DNA from: Candidatus Eiseniibacteriota bacterium
Lineage (GTDB): Bacteria; Eisenbacteria; RBG-16-71-46
DNA length: 64,000 bases
Direction of reading: 5' to 3'
NCBI GenBank assembly: GCA_963707915.1
Contig: OY970178.1
Span: 992,001 to 1,056,000, forward strand
Below are positions 22,090 through 31,882 of this stretch, in pieces; the first letter of the stretch is position 1; the number at the start of each line of letters is the position of its first letter. The notes below the pieces were generated by a model. That model had not been told where the DNA came from. It saw nothing but the letters and a program-made list of their open reading frames with translations, and made no database searches. The position numbers were made by a program, and so were the translations under genes.

Positions 22090-22644
22090 TCACAGCTTCG
22101 GCAGCGTGATGCCCTTCTGGGCCTGGTACTTGCCGGCCTTGTCCCGGTACGAGACCTCGCAGGGCGAGTCGCTCTCGAAGAACAGCACCTGGGCGATGCC
22201 CTCGTTGGCGTAGACCTTCGCGGGCAGCGGCGTGGTGTTGCTGATCTCGAGCGTCACGAATCCCTCCCACTCGGGCTCGAACGGCGTGACGTTGGTGATG
22301 ATGCCGCAACGGGCGTACGTGCTCTTCCCCAGGCACACCGTGATCACGTTACGCGGGATGCGGAAGTACTCGACGCTGCGGCCGAGCGCGAAGGAGTTGG
22401 GCGGGATGAGGGCGACCGGCCCCCTGAAGTCCACCATCGAGGCGGGATCCATGTTCTTCGGGTCCACGATGGTCGAGTTCACGTTCGTGAAGATCTTGAA
22501 CTCGTCGGCGATGCGCAGGTCGTAGCCGTAGGAGGAGACGCCGTAGGAGATGGCCCCCGCGCGGACCTGCTTCTCCTCGAACGGCTCGATCATCCCGTGC
22601 TCGCGGCACATCTTGCGGATCCAGTGGTCGGGACGGATGGACAT
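22090..22644 (-). CDS. dcd: dCTP deaminase
   Basis: '[18 protein letters not shown]', 'GKSTYARCG', 'EPEWEG..TLEISN', 'YANEGIAQ'. Confidence 0.96.
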   Translation of the reverse strand: MSIRPDHWIRKMCREHGMIEPFEEKQVRAGAISYGVSSYGYDLRIADEFKIFTNVNSTIVDPKNMDPASMVDFRGPVALIPPNSFALGRSVEYFRIPRNVITVCLGKSTYARCGIITNVTPFEPEWEGFVTLEISNTTPLPAKVYANEGIAQVLFFESDSPCEVSYRDKAGKYQAQKGITLPKL

Positions 22645-22646
22645 CC

Positions 22647-23204
22647 TCATTCCTCCGCGGGTTCGAAGCGGCCCAGCATCCGGACCGCATGGACGAGTTC
22701 GGGCAACAGCAGCCTCTCGAGTGCCAGCTCCACGGCGGCGCGCGAGCCGGGCAGCATCACGACCAGGCGGCCGCGCGCGACGAATGCGCCGGCGCGGGAA
22801 AGCCAGGCGGCCGTGCCGACCTGACCCGCCGAGAGGGCGCGGAATCGCTCGCCGAAACCGGGCACCGTCCGCTCGGCGAGCGGCGCCAGCGCCTCGGGCG
22901 TGCGGTCGCGCGGGCCGAGGCCGGTGCCGCCGGTGACGATGAGCACGTCCACCCCGGGGCGCGCCAGCGCCGCGCGCGCGGCGCGCCGCAGCGCGGCCGG
23001 CTCGTCGCTCACCCAGGCGCGGGTCATCACGCGGTGGCCGGCCCGGGTGACCAGGCGCTCGATCAGCGCCCCGGCCGTGTCCTCGCGGCCGCGGCGCGTG
23101 TCGCTGGCGGTGATGACGGCGCAGCCCACGGGGCGCGGGGCGCCGGTCCCGCGGTGGGCGGCGGGGCGCCGCCCCGGCGGGGCGCTTCCCGGGACGCGCG
23201 TCAT
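22647..23204 (-). CDS. MogA/MoaB family molybdenum cofactor biosynthesis protein
   Basis: 'ITASD', '[15 protein letters not shown]', 'PGFGE.FR', 'LSRA', 'LPGS'. Confidence 0.9.
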   Translation of the reverse strand: MTRVPGSAPPGRRPAAHRGTGAPRPVGCAVITASDTRRGREDTAGALIERLVTRAGHRVMTRAWVSDEPAALRRAARAALARPGVDVLIVTGGTGLGPRDRTPEALAPLAERTVPGFGERFRALSAGQVGTAAWLSRAGAFVARGRLVVMLPGSRAAVELALERLLLPELVHAVRMLGRFEPAEE

Positions 23205-23229
23205 GCCCCACCCGCGACCGGCACGCGGA

Positions 23230-24300
23230 TCACGCGAACTCCCCCAGTGCCTCGGCGATCTGCCGGCGGTGCGAAAGGTCGTGGTCGCCCCAGTACCGCA
23301 CCATCTCGGCGAGCGGGTACGCCCCGCGCACGGCGTGGATGCCGACCCTGCTCCAGTCGGCGCGGCCGAGCGGTGCCAGCCCCGCCAGCAACGCGCGCCG
23401 GGCCACCGTCCACTCCTCCAGCACCGCCGCCGGGGACTGCTCGTTGTAGGCCCGGCTGGCCTCCCATTCCGTCATGTCCAGGTCGGGGAACTCCGGGTTG
23501 CGCTCGGCAAGCATCCGGCCGAGCCGGGGCAGGAAGACGTCGCGGTCGGCGTCGCGGAGATGGCAGATCGTCTCGAGCGCCGACCAGCGTCCGGGCGCCG
23601 GGCGCCGGCGCCACAGGGCCTCGGCGTCGCGCTCGATGCGGTCGGCCACCCAGTCGGGGCTCTCCGTGAGCACCGTCAGCAGCTGCCCCCACTCGAGGAA
23701 GCTCATGGGTCCGCGCTGGCGTGCGCTGCGGCCCAGGTCGCTGCCGGCGGACGGGTGCGGCTCCGAGAAGCCACGCTCCGCATACGAGCGCGCGAGCGCC
23801 GCGTAGTGCTCGGTGCCGCGGCGCATCCCGGCGCGGTGCGTGTCGGTCACCTCGCCCGAGACCCTGGCCGGCATCCCCACGGCGATGCTCCCCGGCTCGA
23901 TGACCTGCCGCTCGCGCACCAGCGCCCCCGCGCCGATGAGGGAGCCGGCGCCGATGCGCGCGCCGGTCAGGACCACCGCACCCATCCCGATCAGGCAGTC
24001 GTCCTCGATCACGCAGCCGTGGATGATCGCCCCGTGCCCGATCGTCACCCGTGCGCCGATGAGCGCGGGGCTGCCCTCGTCCATGTGCACGACGCTGCCA
24101 TCCTGGATGTTCGAGTCCTCGCCCACCTCGATGCGGTCCACGTCTCCGCGCAGCACGGCGTTGAACCAGACGCTCGAGCGGGCGCCGAGCGTCACGTCGC
24201 CCACCACCACGGCGCCGGGGGCGATGAATGCCGTGGGGTGCAGACGCAGCCGCGCGCTCCACTCCCCCACCGCCCGCGCGTCGTGCTTCGGGTCACTCAT
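23230..24300 (-). CDS. Fusion of a gamma carbonic anhydrase-like (YrdA/PaaY hexapeptide) domain and a C-terminal DinB/YfiT domain
   Basis: N-half 'VLRGDVDRIEVGEDSNIQDGSVVH..TIGHGAIIHGC'. C-half 'RRPAPGRWSALETICHLRD..HDLSHRRQI'. One uninterrupted ORF. Confidence 0.85.
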   Translation of the reverse strand: MSDPKHDARAVGEWSARLRLHPTAFIAPGAVVVGDVTLGARSSVWFNAVLRGDVDRIEVGEDSNIQDGSVVHMDEGSPALIGARVTIGHGAIIHGCVIEDDCLIGMGAVVLTGARIGAGSLIGAGALVRERQVIEPGSIAVGMPARVSGEVTDTHRAGMRRGTEHYAALARSYAERGFSEPHPSAGSDLGRSARQRGPMSFLEWGQLLTVLTESPDWVADRIERDAEALWRRRPAPGRWSALETICHLRDADRDVFLPRLGRMLAERNPEFPDLDMTEWEASRAYNEQSPAAVLEEWTVARRALLAGLAPLGRADWSRVGIHAVRGAYPLAEMVRYWGDHDLSHRRQIAEALGEFA

Positions 24301-24943
24301 GCGAACCTCCCTCCCCCACGTAGGGGTTGCCGGCGCGTTCCCGGCCCAGGGTCGTCGCCGGCCCGTGCCCGGGGTACACGCGCACCTCGTCACCGAGCGG
24401 GAACAGCCGGGTGCGGATCGAGCGCTCCAGCTCCTCGAAGGAGCCGCCGGGCAGGTCGGTGCGTCCGACCGAGCCCGCGAAGAGCGTGTCCCCCACCCAC
24501 AGGTCGTCCCCCGCGCGGAAGCAGACGCCGCCGGGCGAGTGCCCGGGCGTGTGGATCACCTCGATCGTCTCCTCGCCCAGCACGAGGCGCTGCCCGTCGG
24601 CGAGGTCGTTCACCCGGTCGGGCGCGCGGGCCGGCGCGAACCCGAGGGCGGCCCCCTGCTGGCTCATCCGGTCGAGCAGTGCGCGGTCCGCCGGGTGCAG
24701 CCAGAACTCCCCGCCCAACGCCTCCTGGACCGGCCGCACGCCGCAGACGTGGTCGTAGTGCCCGTGGGTGGCGAGCAGGTGACGCACCGTCAGCGACCCG
24801 GCGTGGGCCCGGACCCGGCGGACCACCGCCTCCGGGTCGAAGCCGACGTCCACCAGGGCACACTCGAGCGAGCGCTCGCAGACCAGCAGGTAGGTGGCGT
24901 TGTCGAGCGGCCCGAGGTGCAGGACGTGCTGCCGCAGCGCCAT
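24293..24943 (-). CDS. MBL-fold metallo-hydrolase (glyoxalase II/YcbL-like)
   Basis: 'THGHYDH', 'HTPGHSPG', 'GDTLFAGSVGRTDLPGG', 'YPGHG'. Confidence 0.93.
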   Translation of the reverse strand: MALRQHVLHLGPLDNATYLLVCERSLECALVDVGFDPEAVVRRVRAHAGSLTVRHLLATHGHYDHVCGVRPVQEALGGEFWLHPADRALLDRMSQQGAALGFAPARAPDRVNDLADGQRLVLGEETIEVIHTPGHSPGGVCFRAGDDLWVGDTLFAGSVGRTDLPGGSFEELERSIRTRLFPLGDEVRVYPGHGPATTLGRERAGNPYVGEGGSHE

Positions 24944-24944
24944 G

Positions 24945-26102
24945 TCAGATGACGTTCGCCTCGACCATCCCCTTCTGCTCGGCGAAGCGCTCGAGCCGCA
25001 GGGGCGAGAGGTCGAGGCTCGGCTTGCCGTCCACGATCCATTCGGTGATGAGCTGCCCCACCGCCGGCGCGTGCATGAAGCCGTGTCCGCTGAAGCCGTT
25101 CGCGAGCATCAGCCCGGAGACCCCTTGCGGCGGGCCCAGCACCGAGTTGTGGTCGGGGGTGGTCTCGTACAGGCCCGCCCAGCCGTTCGAGACCTCGGCC
25201 GCCTCCAGCGCGGGCACGCGGTGCATGGCGGGCTCGACGATGCGCTCGAGCAGGTCCCAGTTCACGCTCAGGTTGAAGCCCTCGGGCTCCTCGGGGTTGG
25301 CGTAGCCGAGCAGCAGCCCGCCGCTCTCGCGGTGCATGTAGACCCCGGACTTCAGGTCCACGATCATGGGCAGGTCCTCGCGCGCCATGGGCAGCGGCTC
25401 GGTGGTGAAGCAGTGCCGCCGGACGGCCTTCACCGGGAGGTCCACGCCGGCCCAGGCCGCGATCTCGGCCGCGTACGGCCCCGCCGCGTTCACCACCATC
25501 GGCGTGCTGACCGTGCCGCTCGCCGTGCGCACGCCGGTGACCCGGCGCCCGTCCATCACCAGCCCGACCGCCGGGTCGCCGAAGGCGAATACCGCCCCCA
25601 GCTGCCGGGCCCGCGTGACGTACGACTGCGTCACCTCGTGGGGATTGCCGAGGCCGTCATCCAGGCAGAAGGTCGCCCCCTGCAGGTCCTCGATGTTGAG
25701 CTCGGGCACGATCTCCCGGGCGCCCTCGGGGGTGAGCGTCCGCACCGGGAGCCCGAGCGAGCGCTGCATCTCGGCCTGGCGCTGGAACGTGGCCCACGAC
25801 CCGGGGTCGCCGAGCAGGAAGAGGTATCCGACCGGGAAGAACACCGGGTCGGTCTCCATCTCGACGTCGAACGTCTTGAAGCGCGCGATGGACATCATCG
25901 AGATGCGCACGTTGAGCGGGGTCGAGAACTGCGCCCGGATGCCGCCCGCCGCCTTCGATGTCGAGCCGGCCCCGGCGAAGGGCTCCTTCTCGAGCACCAC
26001 GACGTCCTTCACTCCCCGCCGCCCCAGTTCGTAGGCGATCGACGCCCCGATGCAGCCGGCGCCGATGATGACGACCGGAGCCGTGGCCGGCAGCCCGCTC
26101 AT
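24945..26102 (-). CDS. FAD-dependent oxidoreductase (DAO / sarcosine oxidase beta-like)
   Basis: 'IIGAGCIG', 'GSTSKAAGGIR', 'VNAAG', 'TPD', 'GFSGHGFM'. Confidence 0.9.
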   Translation of the reverse strand: MSGLPATAPVVIIGAGCIGASIAYELGRRGVKDVVVLEKEPFAGAGSTSKAAGGIRAQFSTPLNVRISMMSIARFKTFDVEMETDPVFFPVGYLFLLGDPGSWATFQRQAEMQRSLGLPVRTLTPEGAREIVPELNIEDLQGATFCLDDGLGNPHEVTQSYVTRARQLGAVFAFGDPAVGLVMDGRRVTGVRTASGTVSTPMVVNAAGPYAAEIAAWAGVDLPVKAVRRHCFTTEPLPMAREDLPMIVDLKSGVYMHRESGGLLLGYANPEEPEGFNLSVNWDLLERIVEPAMHRVPALEAAEVSNGWAGLYETTPDHNSVLGPPQGVSGLMLANGFSGHGFMHAPAVGQLITEWIVDGKPSLDLSPLRLERFAEQKGMVEANVI

Positions 26103-26343
26103 GCGACCCTCCGATTGGAACGCTGCAGCCGCAGCGCGTCCGGTTCTGCGGACCGGTGCCCGTCGTCGCCCCGGCCCGGGCGCGGACCCCGCGTCACGCG
26201 CGCGGCAGGTCCCGCCAGCGATGTCCCGACTGCGCGGACGCCGCACCGCGGCGCCCGCTCTCCGGCCTGCGACCGCGGGAGCCGCGGTCTGCGGCACCCG
26301 AGCCGCCGACGCGTCCCGCTCACCCCAACGCGGACCGCCGGGG

Positions 26344-26372
26344 AGTCTAGGCCACGAGCGCGCCGATGGCGA
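26344..26372 (-). promoter_or_regulatory. Putative sigma-70 promoter of the FAD-oxidoreductase...dcd operon
   Basis: TCGCCA-N17-TAGACT. Confidence 0.4.
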
Positions 26373-26522
26373 GTCGGGCCGGGGTATCCGAAAGGCCCTC
26401 CAACTGGGTCCTGCCCCTTCGGCGCCGATGGCCCGGCCCGGCGGCGCGCCGCTGCGACGCGCGGCCCGGGCACGGGGCAGGCCGGCCGTGTTCGCGGCCG
26501 GCCTGCGCGCGATCGCGTCGAT

Positions 26523-27323
26523 TCAGCGCTTCGGCTTCGCCTTCGGCGCCGACTTCGCCAGCCGATCGCGCGCCAGCTGCGCCTCTCCCGACAGCGGGAA
26601 GCCCTTCACCAGCTCCTCGAGGACCTTCCGGGCCTGGGCCGCCTGGCCCAGCTTCTCGCGGCACAGGGCGAGCTTCCAGAGCCCGGCCGGCACGCGGTCG
26701 CCCTGCGGGTAGAGGCTCTGGATCCGCTCGTACTCGACGGCGGCGCTGTCGAACTGCGCCTGTGCGAACAGGCACTCCCCCACGCCGTACTGGGCGTTGT
26801 CCGCCAGGTCCGTGGCCGGAAACCGCTGGACGTACTCCCGGAAGCCCTGCAACGCGAGCGGGTAGCGTCCCTGCGTCAGGTCCTGCGACGCCTGCTCGTA
26901 GAGCTGGTTCGGGTCCGGCCCCGCCGCTGCCGCCGGGGGCTGCGTCGCGCGCTGCTGGATCTGGTTGAAGCGCCCCATCACCTCGTCCAGCTTGCCCTCG
27001 AGCCGCCCCATCTGCTCGAAGAGGTCCTGCGTGGTGCTGCCGCTCGAGGCGCGGGAACTGAGCAGGATGTCCCGCTGCTCGGACAGGTCCCGCCGCACGT
27101 CACCCAGCACGCGGTACGAGACCGAATCCCGCACCCGCAGGGTGTCGACCTGGGTGCGCAGGCTGTCGAGCCCCGACTGGATCAAGGCGAGCTGTGGAGC
27201 GACGCAGCCCGCCAGCGGCACGGCGAGCGCCAGCAGCAGCCCGGCGAGCAGCGCGCCGGCCGCCCGCGACCGGGCCGGCGGCCGGCCCCCGCCGGCCGCC
27301 GTCGCCACGCTCCGCCTGGTCAT
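26523..27323 (-). CDS. cpoB: Tol-Pal system protein CpoB/YbgF (coiled coil + TPR)
   Basis: Lipobox-like 'LAGC', a coiled coil, TPR '[17 protein letters not shown]'. Last gene of the tol-pal cluster. Confidence 0.85.
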   Translation of the reverse strand: MTRRSVATAAGGGRPPARSRAAGALLAGLLLALAVPLAGCVAPQLALIQSGLDSLRTQVDTLRVRDSVSYRVLGDVRRDLSEQRDILLSSRASSGSTTQDLFEQMGRLEGKLDEVMGRFNQIQQRATQPPAAAAGPDPNQLYEQASQDLTQGRYPLALQGFREYVQRFPATDLADNAQYGVGECLFAQAQFDSAAVEYERIQSLYPQGDRVPAGLWKLALCREKLGQAAQARKVLEELVKGFPLSGEAQLARDRLAKSAPKAKPKR

Positions 27324-27844
27324 CGAAGCACGAAGTGAGCGCGCCGGTTCTGGGCCCACGCGGACTCGTCGTGGCCCTCGGCGAACGGCCGCTCCTTCCC
27401 GTAGGAGATCGTCTGGATGCGCGCGGCCGGCACCCCGGCGTTCACCAGGTAGTCGCGCGCCGCGTTCGCACGCTTCTCGCCCAGGGCCTGGTTGTACTCG
27501 ACCGTCCCGCGCTCGTCGCAGTGGCCCTCGAGCGTGATGCTCACGTCGGCCTTGTCGCGAAGCAGCCTGGCGGCCTTGTCCAGCGCCACCCTGGCGTCGT
27601 CGCGCAGCGCGTAGGAATCCAGGTCGAAGAACACGTCCGTGAAGTCACCGGCGGTGACCGTGGGCACCGGGACCGGGGTCTCGGCCGGCGCCGGCGGGGT
27701 CGGCTCCGGCGTCACGGGCTGGACCACGGGCGGGGCCGGCGGCGGCGTGGGCGGCGCTTCCACGGCCTTCTTGGCGCAGCCTGCCGCGAACAGGACGGCG
27801 AGCGCCATCGTCGCCACGAGGAGCAGCGCTGGGGATTTCTTCAT
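27320..27844 (-). CDS. pal: Peptidoglycan-associated lipoprotein Pal
   Basis: Lipobox AAGC; '[21 protein letters not shown]', 'SYGKERP', 'NRRA'. Confidence 0.96.
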   Translation of the reverse strand: MKKSPALLLVATMALAVLFAAGCAKKAVEAPPTPPPAPPVVQPVTPEPTPPAPAETPVPVPTVTAGDFTDVFFDLDSYALRDDARVALDKAARLLRDKADVSITLEGHCDERGTVEYNQALGEKRANAARDYLVNAGVPAARIQTISYGKERPFAEGHDESAWAQNRRAHFVLR

Positions 27845-29148
27845 GGTCTTCCTCCGGGGTTTGAGGGTGGAGCGTCCGTCGATATGTTTCCGGCCGCGCG
27901 GCTCGCGGACGGGGACCACGACGGCGACATGGCCGTGCGCCCCCCCGTGTCGAGCTTCCGCGGCGGTCGTCCGTCGAGGTCCGAGACGTACAGAGCATAG
28001 GCCCCTTCGCGGTTCGAGGCGAACACCAGGTGCCTCCCGTCCGGGGACCAGCGCGGGTTCTCGTTGCTGCTGCCGCCGACCACCAGGCGCGCGTTCGCGC
28101 CGTCGGCGCCGCAGACGTACACGTCGAAGCCCGCGGACGTGCGGCTCACGAAGGCGACGAGGTCGCCGCGCGGCGACCAGGCCGGCGAATCGGAGTAGCC
28201 CACCTCGTAGGTCAGCCGGCGGACGTTGCCCCCGTCGCGGTCCATCACGTAGACCTGCGGGGTGCCGCTGCGGTCCGAGGTGAAGGCGATCTCGCGCCCG
28301 GTGGGCGACCAGCAGGGCGAGGTGTCGATCGCGCGGTTGTCGGTGAGCCGCCGCGGCGATCCTCCGCGCGCGTCGAGCACGTAGATCTCGGAGTTGCCGT
28401 CCTTGCTCAGCGTGCAGGCGATCTCGCGGCCGTCGGGTGAGTACGCGGGGCTGGTGTTGAGCCCGGGTCGCGTCGAGACCGGGTAGAGCTTGCCCCCCGT
28501 CGCGGAGACGACGTAGAGGCGCGGCGAGCCGCCGTCGCGATAGGTGCTGAACGCCAGCAGCGAACCGTCCGGCGACCAGGACGGCGAGAGCGCGATGGAG
28601 CGGTCGCGCGTGAGCGGACGAGCGCCGGCGCCATCCAGGTCCATGACCCAGAGCTCCTTGTTCCGCCCCTCGACCGAGATGAAGGCGATGCGCGTGCCGG
28701 CCACGCCGGGCTCCCCCGTGAACTGCAGCACGACGTCGTCGGCGAACTGGTGCACCAAGGCGCGCCAGTCGGCGGTCCGCCCGCGGTAGGTCTTCGACAG
28801 GATCGGGCGGCGCGCCGGGAAGTCGCGGACCTCGCCCTCGAGCGTGATCTGGTCGCCGGTCGCCTTCCAGCGCCCGCCGGTCACGGCCTGCACGTCGAAC
28901 GGCGGCTGCCCCGCCCAGGCCCGCGAGACCAGGAACACGGCCGACTGCTCGAGGTCGTTCGCCAGCACCTCGTCGGCCTGGCGCGCCGCGGGCGCCCCGG
29001 CCGGCAGCCGGCCGGCGGTGAAGGCCTCGCAGTAGAGCTGCGTGCGGCGCCCGCCGCCCGCGATGTCGATGCGCACCTCGCGGGTCTGCCCGAAGGCGGC
29101 CGGGGCCCCCAGCACGGCCAGCAGCAGGATCAGCGGCAGCCGCCTCAT
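27841..29148 (-). CDS. tolB: Tol-Pal beta-propeller protein TolB
   Basis: Signal peptide, 'TRIAF', repeated PD40 'P.WSPDG' blades; sits between tolA-like and pal. Confidence 0.92.
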   Translation of the reverse strand: MRRLPLILLLAVLGAPAAFGQTREVRIDIAGGGRRTQLYCEAFTAGRLPAGAPAARQADEVLANDLEQSAVFLVSRAWAGQPPFDVQAVTGGRWKATGDQITLEGEVRDFPARRPILSKTYRGRTADWRALVHQFADDVVLQFTGEPGVAGTRIAFISVEGRNKELWVMDLDGAGARPLTRDRSIALSPSWSPDGSLLAFSTYRDGGSPRLYVVSATGGKLYPVSTRPGLNTSPAYSPDGREIACTLSKDGNSEIYVLDARGGSPRRLTDNRAIDTSPCWSPTGREIAFTSDRSGTPQVYVMDRDGGNVRRLTYEVGYSDSPAWSPRGDLVAFVSRTSAGFDVYVCGADGANARLVVGGSSNENPRWSPDGRHLVFASNREGAYALYVSDLDGRPPRKLDTGGRTAMSPSWSPSASRAAGNISTDAPPSNPGGRP

Positions 29149-29801
29149 GGGCGCGTGTACTCGAAGCCGAAGTGGATCCCGAGGTCGGAGCCCGGGAAGC
29201 CGAGGGGCAACGGGGGCAGCGGGTCGCTCAGGGTGACGGCCCGCAGCGAGGCGCGGTCGAAGAACTCGATGCCGCTGCCGCTCTCGAGCCGGATGGCCGA
29301 CACGCCGCCCCCGCGGCCGACACGGAAGTAGACCACGGCGCGCACCGGGCGGCCGCTCTCCAGGCCGGCCGGGGGGGTCCAGTTCTGCGCCACCTTGTTG
29401 CGGATCAGCATGAGGTAGTAGGTGAACTCGAAGTCGCGGGCGTCCACGGCGAGGCCGCCGCTCAGGCCCGCGCTCCCCACCCGCGCGTACGGCAGGGCCG
29501 GCCCCGGGGCGGGCGGCGCCGCCTCCTCCCGCGCGGGCGCGGCCGGCTTCGCGGGCTTCCGGGGTGCCACCAGCTTCACGCCCTCGGCGTTCTCCGGCTG
29601 GATGTCGGGGACCTTCATGGCGGCCTTCTCCGGCGCCGCCGGGGCGACGTCCCCCCTCGGCATCGCCCCCGGCTCGACCAGGGCGACCTGCACCACGTCC
29701 GGCCCCGGCACGATCAACGGCTCGCCCTGGCGCACCGCGAGGACCACCGCCAGGAGCGCGATGTGGACCGCGGCCGAGCCGGCCAGGGCGCTCCGCGTCA
29801 C
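29145..29801 (-). CDS. TonB/TolA family energy transducer
   Basis: TM with 'SAAVH' (SxxxH) motif, Pro-rich linker, TonB_2-like C-domain '[22 protein letters not shown]'. Confidence 0.85.
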   Translation of the reverse strand: MTRSALAGSAAVHIALLAVVLAVRQGEPLIVPGPDVVQVALVEPGAMPRGDVAPAAPEKAAMKVPDIQPENAEGVKLVAPRKPAKPAAPAREEAAPPAPGPALPYARVGSAGLSGGLAVDARDFEFTYYLMLIRNKVAQNWTPPAGLESGRPVRAVVYFRVGRGGGVSAIRLESGSGIEFFDRASLRAVTLSDPLPPLPLGFPGSDLGIHFGFEYTRP

Positions 29802-30205
29802 CGGTGGGCCTGCGGCGTCGGCGGCTGGGTCACCAGCCCGAGCGAGGCCACCCCGGCACGCCTCATGCGCGCGATCAGCTCGACGATGGTCCCGTACGGC
29901 ACGCCGGTGTCGGCCTTGAGGAAGACCGGGCGCCGCGACGCGCCGGCCCGGGCGAGCGCGTCCTCGAACCGGGCCTCGGGGACCACCGAGTTCCCCACCG
30001 CCACCGTGCGGTCCGCCCGTACGCTCACGATCAGCCCCTCGCGCACGTCGAGCCCGCGGGTGGCGACGCGCGGCAGGTCGATCTCGAGCCCGCCCTGCAG
30101 GAACGGCGCGGTCACCATGAAGATGATGAGCAGCACGAGCACGACGTCCACGAACGGCGTGACGTTGATCTCGGCCATCGGGACGCGCGGGACGCCGCTC
30201 TTCAC
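29798..30205 (-). CDS. tolR: TolR/ExbD family protein
   Basis: 'EINVTPFVDVVLVLLIIFMVTAP', 'LKAD..PYG'. Confidence 0.9.
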   Translation of the reverse strand: MKSGVPRVPMAEINVTPFVDVVLVLLIIFMVTAPFLQGGLEIDLPRVATRGLDVREGLIVSVRADRTVAVGNSVVPEARFEDALARAGASRRPVFLKADTGVPYGTIVELIARMRRAGVASLGLVTQPPTPQAHR

Positions 30206-30891
30206 GCGACCGGACCTCCCGTCCGGCGGTCGAGATACTCGGTCACGAACGTGGCGCTGGCGGTGCTGATGACGCGCAGCCGCGTGAGCAGGTGGTTGTA
30301 GCCCACCACCGCCGGGATCGCCGCCGCCAGGCCCGCCACCGTGGTGATGAGCGCCTCGGCGATGCCGGGCGCGACCACCACCAGGGACGCGGAGCCCTGC
30401 GCGCCGATGCTGAGGAACGCGCTCATCACGCCCCACACCGTGCCCATGAGCCCGATGAAGGGCGACACGCTGCCGGCCGTGGCCAGGAACCCGACGTGGT
30501 GCTCGAGGCGCGCCAGCTCGTCGCCGGCGAAGCGTTCCATGGCGCGCTGGGCCCGCTCGTAGCGCGAAGCCGGCGTGGCCCCGGCCCCGGGCGGCTCCGC
30601 CAGCGAGCGTTCGCCGACGCGCGCCAGGCGGCCGAGCACGCTGGCCGGGTGCCGCTCGGGCTGCGGCTCGTCCGCGCGCGCCGCCCGGAACGCGGCGAGG
30701 AACTCCCGGTCCTCGCGCTGCACGCGGACGTAGAGCCGCAGCCGCTCCACGATGATCGCCCAGGTGTAGACCGAGATCCCCAGCAGCAGCAGCAGGATGA
30801 ACTTGGCGAACCAGCCGGAGGAGGCGACGAGAGCGGGGACGGACGCGCGCAATCCGACGCTGGCCTGCAGGATGAAGATACCCAATGCCAT
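30202..30891 (-). CDS. tolQ: TolQ/ExbB/MotA family proton channel
   Basis: 'SPFIGLMGTVWG', 'VAPGIAEALITTVAGL..AIPA..YN'. Confidence 0.92.
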   Translation of the reverse strand: MALGIFILQASVGLRASVPALVASSGWFAKFILLLLLGISVYTWAIIVERLRLYVRVQREDREFLAAFRAARADEPQPERHPASVLGRLARVGERSLAEPPGAGATPASRYERAQRAMERFAGDELARLEHHVGFLATAGSVSPFIGLMGTVWGVMSAFLSIGAQGSASLVVVAPGIAEALITTVAGLAAAIPAVVGYNHLLTRLRVISTASATFVTEYLDRRTGGPVA

Positions 30892-30987
30892 GGGCCTCAC
30901 GCTCCCTGTGAAGGTGGGTCGGGTGGAGATCCCGGCCGCCACCCGGCGCCGCGGCCCTTCCTGGCCGCGAACCGGGCTGGTGCCGCT

Positions 30988-31016
30988 ACGCTAGCATACG
31001 CACCGGGGCCTCTCAA
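30988..31016 (-). promoter_or_regulatory. Putative sigma-70 promoter of the tol-pal operon
   Basis: TTGAGA-N17-TAGCGT, with TGn extension (TATGCTAGCGT). Confidence 0.5.
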
Positions 31017-31299
31017 GATGTGAGGCGGCTCCGGACGGCGCGGCTGCAGGGGTTTCCGCTGCCGGTGGAAGCCGGCCCGGAGAGGACACGCTGCAGCGCC
31101 CGGCGCGGGCCGGACGGCGCGTCGTCACCGGCGCGAGGCGCCCCGCCGCGGGCGGGACAAGTCAGGTGCATGCAAAGAAGTGCGCGCGCGCCCGCCCCAC
31201 GCGACTCAGAAAGGGTACAGTCGCACCGTCGAGACATCCAGGGTCGGAGTGGCCCGCCCTCCGGCGGCCCCGCAGCATCCTCTCGAAAGGAATGACCGG

Positions 31300-31800
31300 T
31301 TGAGACGCTTCATCCTCCCCGCGGCGCTGTCGATCGCCATCCTCGGCGTCGTCCTCGGATGGCAGTCCCTCACTCCGGCCGAATCGGAACGAGACCGGGC
31401 CCGGCCGTTCGCGGTGCGGACGCTCGACGGCCGCACCCTGCGCTTCGACGAGTTGCGCGGGCGCCCCGTCATCCTCGATTTCTGGGCGACGTGGTGCGTG
31501 CCGTGCCGGGCGAGCATGCCCCAGTTGAGCCTGATGCAGGGCCGCTACGGCACCCGCGGCCTCGTGGTCGTGGGGCTCTCGGTGGACGACGGCCCGCTCG
31601 AGGCGGTGCGGCGTTTCTCGGACGGGCTGCGGCTGCGCTTCCCGGTGGCGATGGCGAGCGAGGGCATGCTCGACGACTACGGTCCCATCCGCTCCATCCC
31701 GACGACGATCTTCATCGACCGGCAGGGCCGGATCGTGCGCCGCGTGTCGGGCTACGTCGACGAGGAGACCCTCGAAGGGTTCGTCCGCGAGATCCTGTAG
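31300..31800 (+). CDS. TlpA/ResA-like thiol-disulfide reductase (redoxin)
   Basis: N-terminal TM anchor, 'DFWATWCVPC', cis-Pro 'IPTT.FID'. TTG start inferred. Confidence 0.9.
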   Translation: MRRFILPAALSIAILGVVLGWQSLTPAESERDRARPFAVRTLDGRTLRFDELRGRPVILDFWATWCVPCRASMPQLSLMQGRYGTRGLVVVGLSVDDGPLEAVRRFSDGLRLRFPVAMASEGMLDDYGPIRSIPTTIFIDRQGRIVRRVSGYVDEETLEGFVREIL

Positions 31801-31882
31801 ACGGACACCACGCACAGGGCGGCCACCTCCGCGAAGAGCTGGCCGCCCCGGGCACGGTGCCATGAACCGGCGTCGGCCGGCG

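Noticed and set aside
26400..26430. Glycine-riboswitch-like segment CGCCGAAGGGGCA upstream of the sarcosine-oxidase-like gene
   Set aside because: The flanking GGAGA and CTCTCAGG aptamer elements are absent, and the segment lies upstream of the putative promoter.
29145..30891. ExbB-ExbD-TonB set dedicated to the TonB-dependent receptor
   Set aside because: Overlapping linkage to tolB-pal-cpoB marks these as the Tol-Pal motor. Cross-use cannot be excluded but has no support here.
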